Positions 8,288-18,081 of a stretch of DNA of 40,752 bases are shown one piece after another; within the stretch, counting starts at the first letter, position 1; the number at the start of each line of letters is the position of its first letter. The DNA comes from a virus. Lineage: Duplodnaviria; Caudoviricetes. The translations under genes and the position numbers were made by a program. Below the pieces are notes generated by a model. It worked only from the letters and a program-made list of their open reading frames with translations, was not told the DNA's origin and did not search any database. The stretch lies in IMG/VR virus record IMGVR_UViG_3300020138_000011, positions 1 through 40,752 of that record. The stretch is one strand, 5' to 3'.

Positions 8288-8569
8288 CTATGCGAAGACG
8301 TAGATGGACTCGAAGAGGCCTGCGCCGTAGACCATAAATACTCCGTTTGGGACCTCAACGACATAGTCGCCAATAGACACGGCGACCTTTGTGGGGGGCA
8401 CCATATTTTCGGCTTGAAGGACGAGGTACTCCTCTCCGTGTCGCCTGACAAATTCGTGCATTGTAGCGCCGACGAAGTTAATCACCGCGTCGACATTCTT
8501 ACCGTCGTATCGAATAGCCCGAACCTTCTCGGGCTTCCGGACGAACGTCTGAACAGTTGCATTACCCAT
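8288..8569 (-). CDS. hypothetical phage protein
   Basis: GAAAGGAGACC RBS before MGNATV; RKP..VRAIRYDG..GDYVV pattern. Confidence 0.75.
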   Translation of the reverse strand: MGNATVQTFVRKPEKVRAIRYDGKNVDAVINFVGATMHEFVRRHGEEYLVLQAENMVPPTKVAVSIGDYVVEVPNGVFMVYGAGLFESIYVFA

Positions 8570-8582
8570 GCTAGGTCTCCTT

Positions 8583-8831
8583 TCAGACATAAAGATTATT
8601 GGTTCCGGGCTTCTCATCAAGCAAGTTGTCGTGCTTTTCTAAGAGACGGATCCACTTTGTGGCCTTAACCGTGTTTGGTTTCGGCAGAGCAAGCTCCTCA
8701 TATCCTAGAAAAACAAGACTCTCCGAAGCAAGCCAATCTTGAACTTCGTTGTATAACGGGTACATCTCAGCCCGAATATCGGCCCGCTTCTTTCGCCAAG
8801 CCTTACGCGCCTTGCTGTTGTTCCTAGCCAT
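8583..8831 (-). CDS. hypothetical basic protein
   Basis: GAAAGGAGACC RBS, 82 aa. Confidence 0.7.
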   Translation of the reverse strand: MARNNSKARKAWRKKRADIRAEMYPLYNEVQDWLASESLVFLGYEELALPKPNTVKATKWIRLLEKHDNLLDEKPGTNNLYV

Positions 8832-8855
8832 TATGGGTCTCCTTTCAAAGATTCC

Positions 8856-11800
8856 CTACTTCACAAACTCCTTGAAGCTGACATACTTTTCGATACTCTG
8901 ACGGGCATCATATGCGAGCTTCTCGAAATATGACATGTCGATACTGTCTGTCATGTCGTTTGCCTTGACAATCTCAGCCTCGTGCCAGAAGTATCCCTTA
9001 GTCCCAGTCACGGAATAGAAGTTCCCGTCCTTCTCTCGATAGAGGGTTCCTCCACCACAACCGGGCATAATGGGGACAAACTCCCCGACCCTACCGACGA
9101 ACTTCATGGCACCGGTAGTCAAAGCCATCGGCGTTGTGTCGGTTTCGAAGTTGAGGTACATGGCCGTGGTAACACTCTTGGCCTCACACAGGTCCTTAAA
9201 GACGATCGGCTCGTTAGAGAACAGCGTCTTAAAGACGTACGGGTGCTGGAACTCGGCCCCCACAGCCTCCCAATGCTCGGGCTTTCGACCAGCTCTAGCC
9301 TTGGCGATATAGACAGCATTGTTCACCAGACAGAACTTGTCATAGGTCACTTCGTGCTCGAAGTCATACCCATACTCCTGACCAAATTCCATGACGAGGT
9401 CGATGATCTCAGGCGTTGCGTTTGGGATCTTGATCGAGTCCGTCTTGATGTGCGCGACGGTGAAGCCCAACGTCTGTACATAGTGCTTCAGATCGATCAT
9501 GAACAGGGCCCCACGCTTAGCCACGATGTTATCGATGTTTCGCGGATCCCTGAACGAGTTGTCAAAGCTGGCGCTAGTCAGACCGTATACGATGTTAATT
9601 ACGATCTTAAGCGCGTAGGAAAGAGCCTCAGCTTCCTCCTCGTTAGTGAGGTGTCGAGCGAGCTTCCCGCCCAGCATCTTCTTCGCCGTTTCGAAGTCCT
9701 TGTGCTTGATAGCAAGACGAGCCTGCTTTAGCGCCGAGAAGTTCTTCGTGTAATCCCCGAAGAGATTCAGCTGTTCGATGCTGGTTGGATGCATAGATGC
9801 GATGTCAAGCACTGCGACATTCTCGTAATATCCCGGTTCGGCATAGACATAACCGCCTTCGGATGGGTCTTCACCCTTATACGTAGACTTGCCAGCATCG
9901 AAAATATAACCAGGAAATTCGGTGCTCAGATCGGTGTAGACAAAGCTATCTTGTGGATGCTTGTCGTCACCGAAGACAATCCTACTAGTATGACGCTGGG
10001 TGGTGTCATTCACAGTAAGCCCCGACAAATCTGCTAGAATCTGACGGGCAACAAAGTCTTCCTTCCGGGCATGGAATACCGCCTCGGTGGAGAGGACGTC
10101 GTTCGCACAATATTCAACGACCTGGTTGATCTTGTCTTCCGGAACAGGCTCGTCCCAGGGGAGCTCAGACTCCTTGTGCTCGATGCCGAGCTCAATCTGG
10201 AACTTCTTAAGACTCTGCTTCTTGCTTGAGAAGTCATAGATGTCCGTGTAAGACAGACGATACGCTTCCCCAAAATATGCACCAGGAGTATTTGAGATGA
10301 GCTTTTGGCTCAGCTTATACAACTCCTCATTGTCGTAGCCCATGTAGCGAGCATACAAAATATGGTTGTCATACCTTCGGCAGTTGAAGCCAACAAGCTT
10401 GAGCGACATGATCTTCTCGATGTCTTGAGGCGATGGGTTGATCATCTTAACGACCTGCTTGGCCCCGTCATACTTCCAACAGACCACAAACAGATTCGAG
10501 AAAACCTCAACATCGAAGAATACCAGGGTCTCGTCCTTAGGCGTGTCCGGTGCGCTCTCGATGTTATCCTCACTCTTAAACTGCATCGTCTGAACAAGCT
10601 TGATGCAGTAGGGGGCCTGGTTTGTCGAGTTATTAGCAAACGCCAGAATCCTAGAACGAAGATCAGTCACGTCATACGACAGCCCCGAAGCGTGAGCATC
10701 TTCTAGAATCTTGTGGATGAAGTCCATACTAGGCTTCGTCCCCGGATGAATCTCCTTCCTGAGGTTTCGTAGAATCAGCTCACGAAGACCCTTTTCGCTC
10801 TTTATCTGGTCATGATTTATCAACTTCTTCTCCTTAATAGGGAGTCCAGACGAGATAGTTGCCACGGGTACAGCGTTACACTTAGAGACTCTTCGACGAA
10901 GCGATGCGTCTCCGACGAATACTTTGATCTCGATTCCGTCCTCGTAGACTCGCTCGAGAAGCTCTGGGTCTCCTCCTTCATAGATGTAGTGGAGATGAAC
11001 TCCTCGCCCACTCTTGCTGTACTCAGCGTAAGTAGGCGGCCATTGGCTAGCAGCCTCGAGGTTCTTCTCGCTGGACTTTTCGCCATTTTCATCCTTAAGA
11101 TCGAAGTCGATGACGATGTGCTTCTTGGGCAGTTTCACATAGTGGGTCCTTGACGTGTCAAGATCTGCCAATGTCGTGTCTACATTAGCCCATTTCTTAG
11201 TTGGCATTTCGTCCGCATTAGCATACTGTGCCGGCTGAGAAGCAAGAAGCTCGTCGAGCAACGATGTCTCCTCATCCATCACTAGAGAGAAAGCGTGTTC
11301 TTCAACTTCAACCCTCGTCTTGAAATGATCCGCCTTGAAGATTGAGTAGTAGCTCCTGACTCGTTCGCCATTCACCTCAGCCCGATCCTCGAACTTCTCA
11401 AAGTAATTCTTAAGCTCCTCTCGAAGCTTAACTCGACTGATCTTAAACTCAGACCCCGTCTCATCACTAAACTGCTTATACATATCATAAGCCTGCTTGA
11501 GAGTAACTCCGTCCTGCTCCTTAAACACATCAAAATATGCTTCGATGAAATTGTAGAAGTAGTCCGTTTGCAGCATCATCTCGACCGGACGATAGTTGAT
11601 GTAGTAGTTCTTCCCCAATTCCAAATATCGCTGAAGGCAATAATGAGCAATTGCCCCCAATTCGAAATCAATCTGGGACATCAACGTGTGGTACCGTCGA
11701 ACTGGAACCTTTCTACCGGAGGGGTGAACGTCGATTAGCCGTCGAATGATGCCAGATTTGGCGTCTGTAATCTTGACTGGGCGGTTTGTCCCCATGAATA

Positions 11801-12614
11801 GGAACGCGTTAATCCGAGCCATATATGACGGCTTGTACTTCTCGTTTAGACTCATCTCCTCGTGAGAGACAATTGAGTTTAGCTTAGAGTTGTCTTCAAT
11901 CTTGCTGAGGTCCCCATCGTGTTGGATCGCAACTAGGGGGTTTGACTTAAATACTTCTGTGGAGAAGGAGTTGTTCGAGGAGGTAAGAGCCTTGGCTTCG
12001 AACGCTGTATAATACCCTTCGAAGAGACGCTGTATAATGTCGAGGACGGTAGACTTACCCGTACCCGCTGGACCATACAAGACCAGGAACTTCTGGATAG
12101 ACTTTGCGTCGCCTGATACCACAGCGCCGATGGCCCATTCCAGCTTATCCCTTTCTGATGGGTCGTACAGTGTAGAAATAAGCTCATCGTACGCCGAGAT
12201 GTCGCCGCTCTCAAGTGGATACGGCAACCGTCGACTGACATAGTCTTCCTTTCTAACTTCGGTGTTGGAGAAGGTAAGCTTCTCATCCAACTGCTTATAC
12301 GAGTCTGAAATATGACTCATGTAGTTTCGAAACTGAAGCCAACTGCTGGAGGAGAAATCGCCCATAAGCTTTGGAATGAAGAGACCATCTTTTTTCTCCT
12401 TCTCCAATCGATCCTGCTCCTCGAGAAGAGTTGCATCTACAAGCGCCTGAACGTCGTATTCGTCGGTGCTCCACACGCCCGCATGTTCATCCCAAATAGC
12501 GTAGAACGACTTACCTCGGACCATCAAATCCTTGGAGCGAACCACTCGGAAATCGGGATAAATCTCGATGCTTCCGTGGCGCCCAGGTCGAGTCTTAATC
12601 CTGTAGAAGTCCAT
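8856..12614 (-). CDS. fused D5-like P-loop helicase, PrimPol-type primase and family B-like DNA polymerase
   Basis: GPAGTGKS; DFD and SKSGRGVHLHY; exonuclease motifs FFDVE, GFNCRRYD and YCANDV; polymerase motifs DIASMHP, KIVINIVYG and KTDS. Confidence 0.85.
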   Translation of the reverse strand: MDFYRIKTRPGRHGSIEIYPDFRVVRSKDLMVRGKSFYAIWDEHAGVWSTDEYDVQALVDATLLEEQDRLEKEKKDGLFIPKLMGDFSSSSWLQFRNYMSHISDSYKQLDEKLTFSNTEVRKEDYVSRRLPYPLESGDISAYDELISTLYDPSERDKLEWAIGAVVSGDAKSIQKFLVLYGPAGTGKSTVLDIIQRLFEGYYTAFEAKALTSSNNSFSTEVFKSNPLVAIQHDGDLSKIEDNSKLNSIVSHEEMSLNEKYKPSYMARINAFLFMGTNRPVKITDAKSGIIRRLIDVHPSGRKVPVRRYHTLMSQIDFELGAIAHYCLQRYLELGKNYYINYRPVEMMLQTDYFYNFIEAYFDVFKEQDGVTLKQAYDMYKQFSDETGSEFKISRVKLREELKNYFEKFEDRAEVNGERVRSYYSIFKADHFKTRVEVEEHAFSLVMDEETSLLDELLASQPAQYANADEMPTKKWANVDTTLADLDTSRTHYVKLPKKHIVIDFDLKDENGEKSSEKNLEAASQWPPTYAEYSKSGRGVHLHYIYEGGDPELLERVYEDGIEIKVFVGDASLRRRVSKCNAVPVATISSGLPIKEKKLINHDQIKSEKGLRELILRNLRKEIHPGTKPSMDFIHKILEDAHASGLSYDVTDLRSRILAFANNSTNQAPYCIKLVQTMQFKSEDNIESAPDTPKDETLVFFDVEVFSNLFVVCWKYDGAKQVVKMINPSPQDIEKIMSLKLVGFNCRRYDNHILYARYMGYDNEELYKLSQKLISNTPGAYFGEAYRLSYTDIYDFSSKKQSLKKFQIELGIEHKESELPWDEPVPEDKINQVVEYCANDVLSTEAVFHARKEDFVARQILADLSGLTVNDTTQRHTSRIVFGDDKHPQDSFVYTDLSTEFPGYIFDAGKSTYKGEDPSEGGYVYAEPGYYENVAVLDIASMHPTSIEQLNLFGDYTKNFSALKQARLAIKHKDFETAKKMLGGKLARHLTNEEEAEALSYALKIVINIVYGLTSASFDNSFRDPRNIDNIVAKRGALFMIDLKHYVQTLGFTVAHIKTDSIKIPNATPEIIDLVMEFGQEYGYDFEHEVTYDKFCLVNNAVYIAKARAGRKPEHWEAVGAEFQHPYVFKTLFSNEPIVFKDLCEAKSVTTAMYLNFETDTTPMALTTGAMKFVGRVGEFVPIMPGCGGGTLYREKDGNFYSVTGTKGYFWHEAEIVKANDMTDSIDMSYFEKLAYDARQSIEKYVSFKEFVK

Positions 12615-12627
12615 TTAACCTCCTCCC

Positions 12628-13170
12628 TTAGAACAAATAGTTTTCGAACAAATAGATAGACATCTGATCCCAAATCTCAATGTGACGCTGATCGCCCTGT
12701 CTAGGGTCATTAATTGGAAATATACCACCTCGACCGTCAGAGTCATACGTCCGGAAGATAAGACTCTCCAAAATATCGTCGATCTCAGAGTCCGAATACC
12801 GGTTGTACTTATGGTCGGTAAAGTGTGATAGAGACAGGTTCTTCAAAAACGTCCAGAACCACTCCACGCTTGAAATTTCCGTTTGAAATTCAGCTCGCCT
12901 AGACAGGGCGATCAGCATCTCGAGAACACTACATCCGAGGCCCAACCAAGAGTCTAAAGCCTCGTCGGACTCCACCTGGTTGAGGTACTCTAGGCGAAGA
13001 GCACGCCCGTCCTCAACTCGATTGTCGTCATTTGGAACTAGCCAGATAAACTCTTTAGAGTAGAGTTGGCGAAAAAGCTTCCAGTACGACTTGGTGGGGT
13101 TCCTGTTCCTTACCGCAGCGACTTGACTATAAAGCCACTCCAGATAGCGGTCGTCAATCGTCCCGCTCAT
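12628..13170 (-). CDS. hypothetical protein
   Basis: 180-aa ORF in the operon. Confidence 0.75.
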   Translation of the reverse strand: MSGTIDDRYLEWLYSQVAAVRNRNPTKSYWKLFRQLYSKEFIWLVPNDDNRVEDGRALRLEYLNQVESDEALDSWLGLGCSVLEMLIALSRRAEFQTEISSVEWFWTFLKNLSLSHFTDHKYNRYSDSEIDDILESLIFRTYDSDGRGGIFPINDPRQGDQRHIEIWDQMSIYLFENYLF

Positions 13171-13894
13171 CTCGTCGCTTCCGCGTCCTTACAACTTCGT
13201 CCTCCGGGTCCTCCCGAATACCGAGAATCTTCTCAGTGTAGGAGCCTTCATCCCTCAGAACCTCGAGGTCCAGCTCGAGAGCTTCATTCCGAATGAAGAG
13301 AACGTCCTTGTTGTCCGACAGCCCCTTATCGAACAGGTTCAGGTTCTTGAGACCAACAGTGTCATCGATGTTTGGGATGATGGCGTCTCGATCGTCGGCA
13401 AGAGTGTTATCCGCCTCGTAGTAGGTGACCTGTGCCTGCTCGTAGTTTCGCTCCTGGAGCGTCCACTCACCCTCACTGATCACATACGGCATACCCTCTC
13501 CTCGAGGAGAAAGACGCTCCTCCTTTGACGGGGCATCATCTCCTCTCTCAGGCTCGTGAAGATCGTCCTGATCGAAGAGGTTGTAGTGCTCCTCCTTGAT
13601 GATCTGTTCTACGACTTCGGTGCCGACACCGTCTTCAGGCTCAGAAGTCGTCTCCTCCTCGACGACATCATCGCCAACCAACTTCTTCGCAGCGGAGGAG
13701 ACGGTCGCATATGGACCGGTCTTGTTCAGACGCTCGTAGAAGTCCTTGGTCTCGTTGATGGCCTCATCGACTCGATCCATTGTTTCGTTTCGAACTCGGT
13801 TGCTGGCCAAAATATAACCAGCAGCGAATCCAGCAGCAGCCAACCCCACGGTGAGGGCCGTGAAACCGCCAGCATTCATGGTAACTGTTCGCAT
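13154..13894 (-). CDS. acidic protein with N-terminal transmembrane anchor
   Basis: Hydrophobic N-terminus; GAAGGAGACC RBS. Confidence 0.75.
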   Translation of the reverse strand: MRTVTMNAGGFTALTVGLAAAGFAAGYILASNRVRNETMDRVDEAINETKDFYERLNKTGPYATVSSAAKKLVGDDVVEEETTSEPEDGVGTEVVEQIIKEEHYNLFDQDDLHEPERGDDAPSKEERLSPRGEGMPYVISEGEWTLQERNYEQAQVTYYEADNTLADDRDAIIPNIDDTVGLKNLNLFDKGLSDNKDVLFIRNEALELDLEVLRDEGSYTEKILGIREDPEDEVVRTRKRRDERDD

Positions 13895-13895
13895 C

Positions 13896-14045
13896 TCAGG
13901 TCTCCTTCTGTTCCTTCTTCGAGTGGTATCGAGAGAGTCCCTGCCGAAAAGGCCTATGAGTAAGGTGCGGCTTTACTCGATATGGCTTCTTCTTGGGGAG
14001 CTTCTTGCTTGGGAAAGCGTCCCTTGGCGTAGGGATCTCAGTCAC
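13896..14045 (-). CDS. small basic protein (49 aa)
   Basis: GTG start with AAGGAG RBS; MTEIPTPRDAFPSKKLPKKKPYRVKPHLTHRPF... Confidence 0.6.
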   Translation of the reverse strand: MTEIPTPRDAFPSKKLPKKKPYRVKPHLTHRPFRQGLSRYHSKKEQKET

Positions 14046-14066
14046 AATACGCTCCTTAAATATGGA

Positions 14067-14216
14067 TTAAGCGCGAGCGCGCTCAATAAGTTCACCGGCA
14101 TCCTTGTGATACCAGCGCTTATACTTCCTTCGGGCTTCCGACTCACTATACGCATAAACCCAAATATTACGGCCATCCAGGGCGAAGCAATATGCGTAGC
14201 GTGGATACTTTTCCAT
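14067..14216 (-). CDS. hypothetical protein (49 aa)
   Basis: Hand translation MEKYPRYAYCFALDGRNIWVYAYSESEARRKY...; abuts the upstream stop. Confidence 0.55.
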   Translation of the reverse strand: MEKYPRYAYCFALDGRNIWVYAYSESEARRKYKRWYHKDAGELIERARA

Positions 14217-14219
14217 CAC

Positions 14220-15098
14220 TTAGATCTTGTCGTAGATTACGCCGTCAACGTTGAAGTCCAGGAGAATGGCTGCCTCCTGACCATTGATGAACTGACGCTT
14301 AGCGTAGTTTTCTCCATCGAACAGACCGAAATCGATGAAGTTGTCACCATCGTGGTTCATAACCCAACCGACGACTGCTCCCGCGGAAGTACGATCGAAT
14401 CCAAGAGCATCGTAGATGTCATTGAGAAGGACGTGGCCCCGTGCTCGAAGGAGATCGTTCGCATACGTCTGCTGCGAGTGCAGGAATGCTCGATTGTAGG
14501 ACGGCTCATGCTTCCACAGAGAGTTTGTCTCGTCGAAGAAGCGAGCGTAGATGGAGGGGGATCCTGGGACCCGAACCTCAATCTTCTTGCCATCCTCGTC
14601 CGTACGAGTCTCGGTCTTAACGTCGTGTCGGAGGTCATACTCGACTGCGTCTCCAACCTTATCTTCGACGCGCTTGCGATACTCATTAAAGCCCTTCTCG
14701 AGAACTGCGTACGCCGCCACAAGCGAGGCGTTACGCTTGCGCATAATGCCATGGCCAGCCACGATGCTGACAATGGAGGCTGCGCCGAGAGAGATCGCCG
14801 GGGCGTAGAGCTTTGCCAGATTCATGGACGTCTTGGTGTAGACATATGCCATGTTCTTGGCGTGCTCTTCGGTATTGAGAGCCGACTCCTGCTGGACCAT
14901 CTTAGCGTTCTCGATCCCGAACTTGTGATCCTCGAGGATGGGCTCGACCTTAAGTGTGGCCTTGGCGCCCATAACCGCGGCGACAACTCCACCGACGATA
15001 CCCACAGTCGTGAGAATTTCCGGCGAGTACTTCCGAGCGATCAACGCTCCTCGATGCGCGCCTCGAATGACGCTGGTCTTAACTGCGCTAATGTTCAT
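14220..15098 (-). CDS. DUF6353-like membrane-associated protein
   Basis: SPEILTTVGIVG, LYAPAI and SLVAAY motifs; paralog of 18309..19079. Confidence 0.7.
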   Translation of the reverse strand: MNISAVKTSVIRGAHRGALIARKYSPEILTTVGIVGGVVAAVMGAKATLKVEPILEDHKFGIENAKMVQQESALNTEEHAKNMAYVYTKTSMNLAKLYAPAISLGAASIVSIVAGHGIMRKRNASLVAAYAVLEKGFNEYRKRVEDKVGDAVEYDLRHDVKTETRTDEDGKKIEVRVPGSPSIYARFFDETNSLWKHEPSYNRAFLHSQQTYANDLLRARGHVLLNDIYDALGFDRTSAGAVVGWVMNHDGDNFIDFGLFDGENYAKRQFINGQEAAILLDFNVDGVIYDKI

Positions 15099-15108
15099 GG
15101 TATACTCC

Positions 15109-15306
15109 TTAATAAGGAACGCGAGTGGCTAGTCGGTCCAAAGCCCTCGCCAGGAGAGGCATCGAGCGACGAACCATTTCTTGTGCTTGCTTGTGATATT
15201 CCGGGTTATTCCCAGGGTTCGTCCATGCCTGAACTACTGCATGGATGGGCAGCATGTGATCGAATTTCCTAAGTCCTCTCCAAGTCACTGGAGTATAAAG
15301 CTTCAT
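15109..15306 (-). CDS. hypothetical protein
   Basis: 65-aa ORF with ATGA overlap to the upstream gene. Confidence 0.7.
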   Translation of the reverse strand: MKLYTPVTWRGLRKFDHMLPIHAVVQAWTNPGNNPEYHKQAQEMVRRSMPLLARALDRLATRVPY

Positions 15307-15440
15307 GAAATTCGTCCACTACTTAGAAGACGGCGATACGTGGCATAGAGTTGAGCGTCAGACATCTTTTCAACCTTCTTGCGCCACTGCGCTCCAGGAT
15401 ATGCATCTGCAACCTTCTTGCGCATCTCCACTTGGTTCAT
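15303..15440 (-). CDS. hypothetical protein (45 aa)
   Basis: Hand translation MNQVEMRKKVADAYPGAQWRKKVEKMSDAQLYATYRRLLSSGRIS; GGAG RBS. Confidence 0.7.
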   Translation of the reverse strand: MNQVEMRKKVADAYPGAQWRKKVEKMSDAQLYATYRRLLSSGRIS

Positions 15441-15461
15441 TTTAAAAACTCCAATTGATAG

Positions 15462-15653
15462 TTACGCGGCGTACACATCCTGGTTGCTAGGAAGCCCCAT
15501 AAAATGAAGAGAAGCAACATAAGGAAACAACGTGTACAGAATGTTAAGTAGGTACGCACCACAAATGCATCGCGTGCTAGTTGTGACCGACCCAGCAGTA
15601 TGTATTTTTCCGCATTGGCACTTGAAAAATGTTACATTTACAGTCTTACGCAT
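15462..15653 (-). CDS. small zinc-ribbon-like protein
   Basis: CQCG and CICG pairs; AAGGAGAC RBS. Confidence 0.6.
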   Translation of the reverse strand: MRKTVNVTFFKCQCGKIHTAGSVTTSTRCICGAYLLNILYTLFPYVASLHFMGLPSNQDVYAA

Positions 15654-15677
15654 CTTGTCTCCTTATGTTGTGTTTTG

Positions 15678-16310
15678 TTAGGTCATAGGTTCGGTAGGAG
15701 GAAGCTCCAGCAAATATCCCTCTCGCACCAGTCGGACACGTGCGCCACGGAGATCGGACCACCCCCACTTGTCGTCGACGTAGCTTCCGGTGATGCCGAC
15801 CAACTCGTAGAGGTCGGATACAGTTGCCACGTCATACTGATTGATGATGGTGGTCAGCCTGTCCAGGACGTTCTCTGCCTCGATACGAGAGTCGAACACC
15901 ACCTCACCGAAGTCGTGTGTTGTACGACCTCGTCGGCTAATGTTCCTCTGAGAGGAGATGCTGGAGCTACGAGAGAGCGAATCATAGGGCGTGTGTCGAG
16001 TTCGAGAGCCTTGAGAACTGCGAGATGGTCGACTCTCACCAAAGAGCATTCGATCTGCGCCTTGACTGACTGCGTCAGAGACCATGTTCTTAAATGCTGG
16101 AACGAGAACATCCATCAGGATAAACATACCGGCACTCTTAGCATCTTCGCTGGTGAACGTCTCTGCGAGCTTGCGACCGAGCGGCTTCTTTCGTTGAATG
16201 ACCTTACCTTCGGTCACTCGCTCCACCTTCTTCTCGGTCTTTTCTTCTGTCTGTGGCGCTCGATCCTTGTGGCTGTTACCGGGATAGTTCGAGCTTGTTG
16301 GCTGTGTCAC
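15678..16310 (-). CDS. hypothetical protein sharing a C-terminal motif with the DUF6353-like paralogs
   Basis: GTG start with AGGAGACC RBS; VSDLYELVG..KWGW. Confidence 0.75.
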   Translation of the reverse strand: MTQPTSSNYPGNSHKDRAPQTEEKTEKKVERVTEGKVIQRKKPLGRKLAETFTSEDAKSAGMFILMDVLVPAFKNMVSDAVSQGADRMLFGESRPSRSSQGSRTRHTPYDSLSRSSSISSQRNISRRGRTTHDFGEVVFDSRIEAENVLDRLTTIINQYDVATVSDLYELVGITGSYVDDKWGWSDLRGARVRLVREGYLLELPPTEPMT

Positions 16311-16330
16311 TAAGGTCTCCTAAAATATAA

Positions 16331-16363
16331 AAGATAAGAAGCCTTGTTAGGGCCTCTTATCTT
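16331..16363 (-). terminator. cassette terminator with CTAACAA loop
   Basis: aagataaga/tcttatctt stem followed by a U-rich tract. Confidence 0.7.
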
Positions 16364-16366
16364 GAG

Positions 16367-16633
16367 TCAGAGCTTGTCGAGTGGGTGAGGTTGGACTTTG
16401 TAGCCCGTAGATTCGATCACGTTGTCGACGGTCTTGTTGACGTGTCGGCCAACTCGTCTCTGAACTAGATCGATGAAGAACCACATCCCGAGCGCGACCG
16501 AGATCCTCTTGATGAGGCTCATGGACGTGCTCGGGGGGAGGATCCTAGCGAAGGTCAGGGACAAGATGATGCCGATACCGAAACAAGCGGCGAGGCGCAG
16601 AACGAACTTGAGCAGGGCGATGATGTGTCGCAT
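16367..16633 (-). CDS. small membrane protein with two hydrophobic segments
   Basis: Hydrophobic 88-aa ORF; RBS; flanked by promoter motif and terminator. Confidence 0.8.
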   Translation of the reverse strand: MRHIIALLKFVLRLAACFGIGIILSLTFARILPPSTSMSLIKRISVALGMWFFIDLVQRRVGRHVNKTVDNVIESTGYKVQPHPLDKL

Positions 16634-16660
16634 CTCAGGTCTCCTTTCGAGAGTCTGTTG

Positions 16661-16687
16661 TCACTATAAGCGATGTTTTAGATGCGA
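16661..16687 (-). promoter_or_regulatory. 27-bp promoter motif
   Basis: TCGCA-tct-AAAACA-tcgct-TATAGTGA. Confidence 0.75.
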
Positions 16688-16740
16688 TAAATCCTACGAC
16701 CCAAAGCACGTTTTAACAGTGTGCTTGATGGTAGGATTTA
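16688..16740 (-). terminator. hairpin downstream of 16747..17007
   Basis: Stems taaatcctac/gtaggattta and aagcac/gtgctt; weak U-tract. Confidence 0.5.
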
Positions 16741-16746
16741 GCTAAA

Positions 16747-17007
16747 TCACCGCTTAACTACGTCGATGAAGAACTCGCCCGAGAGGGCATCCTCATTAGT
16801 CATGTAGCACTTCATGAACTCGCCAACGGAAACGATACTCGGCGATCCGGCGGGGTCGTACGGGTGGAGGTAGATGTCACCGACACTTTCCTTGTCGATC
16901 TTGACAACCGACAGGATAGCAATCTTCTTTCGATTGCTGGGCTTGATGACGATTGCCATGTGGGTTGGAATTATATGTCCCATGAGTAAAGCCTTTCGCT
17001 TCGACAT
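16747..17007 (-). CDS. hypothetical protein, paralog of 6013..6276
   Basis: Shares AI.I...N, ILS, PY and V.EF.K.Y pattern. Confidence 0.65.
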   Translation of the reverse strand: MSKRKALLMGHIIPTHMAIVIKPSNRKKIAILSVVKIDKESVGDIYLHPYDPAGSPSIVSVGEFMKCYMTNEDALSGEFFIDVVKR

Positions 17008-17136
17008 TTTTCAAAAGTTGCTAGGTGATGTGGGGGCACCTTTTATGAGGGGTGAGCGGTTGTTTAAGATCGAGCCTCTCCGCGATAAGTATATCTGATA
17101 CTCTTCGCTGCTGGGCAGATCCCCCCTTAACGTCGT

Positions 17137-17673
17137 TTAGCCCTCGGACTGCCGAGCCTTCCACTCCTCGAACGCCATACGGTCAGCGTCCTCAGAAGCT
17201 GAGACCATCTCGGTCTTCTTTGGGAGGTGATCCTTAGGTTCCAGGCGTGCTACAGGCTTCTCGTCGACGTTCTCGCCCTCATTCGAGCTCGCGATTGCCT
17301 GGAATCGAGAAGCAATATCGTTGGGGACTAGGCCCCGAACGAACTCTGCGCCGCTTGACGGGTCCTCGAGGAAACCGAGAACGATCTCATTAAACGCGAG
17401 GCTGTTCTTGAATCGCTCACGGATCGCGTCGTTCTTACGGAAGCCACGACCATCTTCCTCGCGCTCGCCGTAAGCCGTAAGAACGATGTTGCTCATGGCT
17501 GCGAACGCTTCACGGGGGTTCTCGGACTTCACGAGGGTGTCGATGTACTCGGCCCAGCCATTCTCGTGGGAGAACTGGAGCTCCACAAGCTCATATTCGC
17601 TGAGGTGGAAGTACAGATCCTCCGTGACATGACGACCGTACAGATCCTTGTAGGTTACAGACTTCTTAATCAT
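17137..17673 (-). CDS. hypothetical phage protein
   Basis: AGGAG RBS; KKSVTY.D..G..TEDLYF pattern. Confidence 0.8.
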   Translation of the reverse strand: MIKKSVTYKDLYGRHVTEDLYFHLSEYELVELQFSHENGWAEYIDTLVKSENPREAFAAMSNIVLTAYGEREEDGRGFRKNDAIRERFKNSLAFNEIVLGFLEDPSSGAEFVRGLVPNDIASRFQAIASSNEGENVDEKPVARLEPKDHLPKKTEMVSASEDADRMAFEEWKARQSEG

Positions 17674-17708
17674 TTGTTACTCCTAAATATGACTGGATAA
17701 AAGAAAAA

Positions 17709-17751
17709 AGTCTAAGCCTATGCTAGGTGTGAGTTAGCATAGGCTTAGACT
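17709..17751 (-). terminator. intrinsic terminator
   Basis: Perfect 17-bp stem followed by a U-tract. Confidence 0.8.
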
Positions 17752-17792
17752 ATGGACATAGCCAGTACGAGGTTAGACGACGACTAGTGAGG

Positions 17793-17984
17793 TCAGTCGT
17801 CCTCGGGAGAGTCCTCTTCGGTGAACGTGAGGTTCCCCCGCGACGTGTTGTAGCGGTCGAGTGTGGCACCCACAGCAATGATGCTGAGGATGCCAGCGCC
17901 GGTGTACGCCAGGACGCGGCGGGACTTCAGGAACTCAAAGAACTTCTTCTTGGGGGCGACGACCTGGTCGGGTGAGTCGGTCAT
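17793..17984 (-). CDS. small single-TM membrane protein
   Basis: VLAYTGAGILSIIAVGATL segment; cassette context. Confidence 0.8.
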   Translation of the reverse strand: MTDSPDQVVAPKKKFFEFLKSRRVLAYTGAGILSIIAVGATLDRYNTSRGNLTFTEEDSPEDD

Positions 17985-18012
17985 GTCGGTTTCCTTTCAG
18001 TAGTGACGGATG

Positions 18013-18039
18013 TCATTATAGAACGTGTTTTTAATGCGA
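18013..18039 (-). promoter_or_regulatory. 27-bp promoter motif
   Basis: TCGCA-tta-AAAACA-cgttc-TATAATGA. Confidence 0.75.
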
Positions 18040-18051
18040 TCATAAAAGAAA

Positions 18052-18072
18052 GAGACCCGTGTTAGGGGTCTC
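18052..18072 (-). terminator. cassette terminator
   Basis: GAGACCCCTAACACGGGTCTC followed by TTTCTTTT. Confidence 0.8.
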
Positions 18073-18081
18073 AGTCTTTGA

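Noticed and set aside
13851-15272. 473-aa plus-strand ORF
   Set aside because: Overlaps several well-supported minus-strand genes; shadow ORF.
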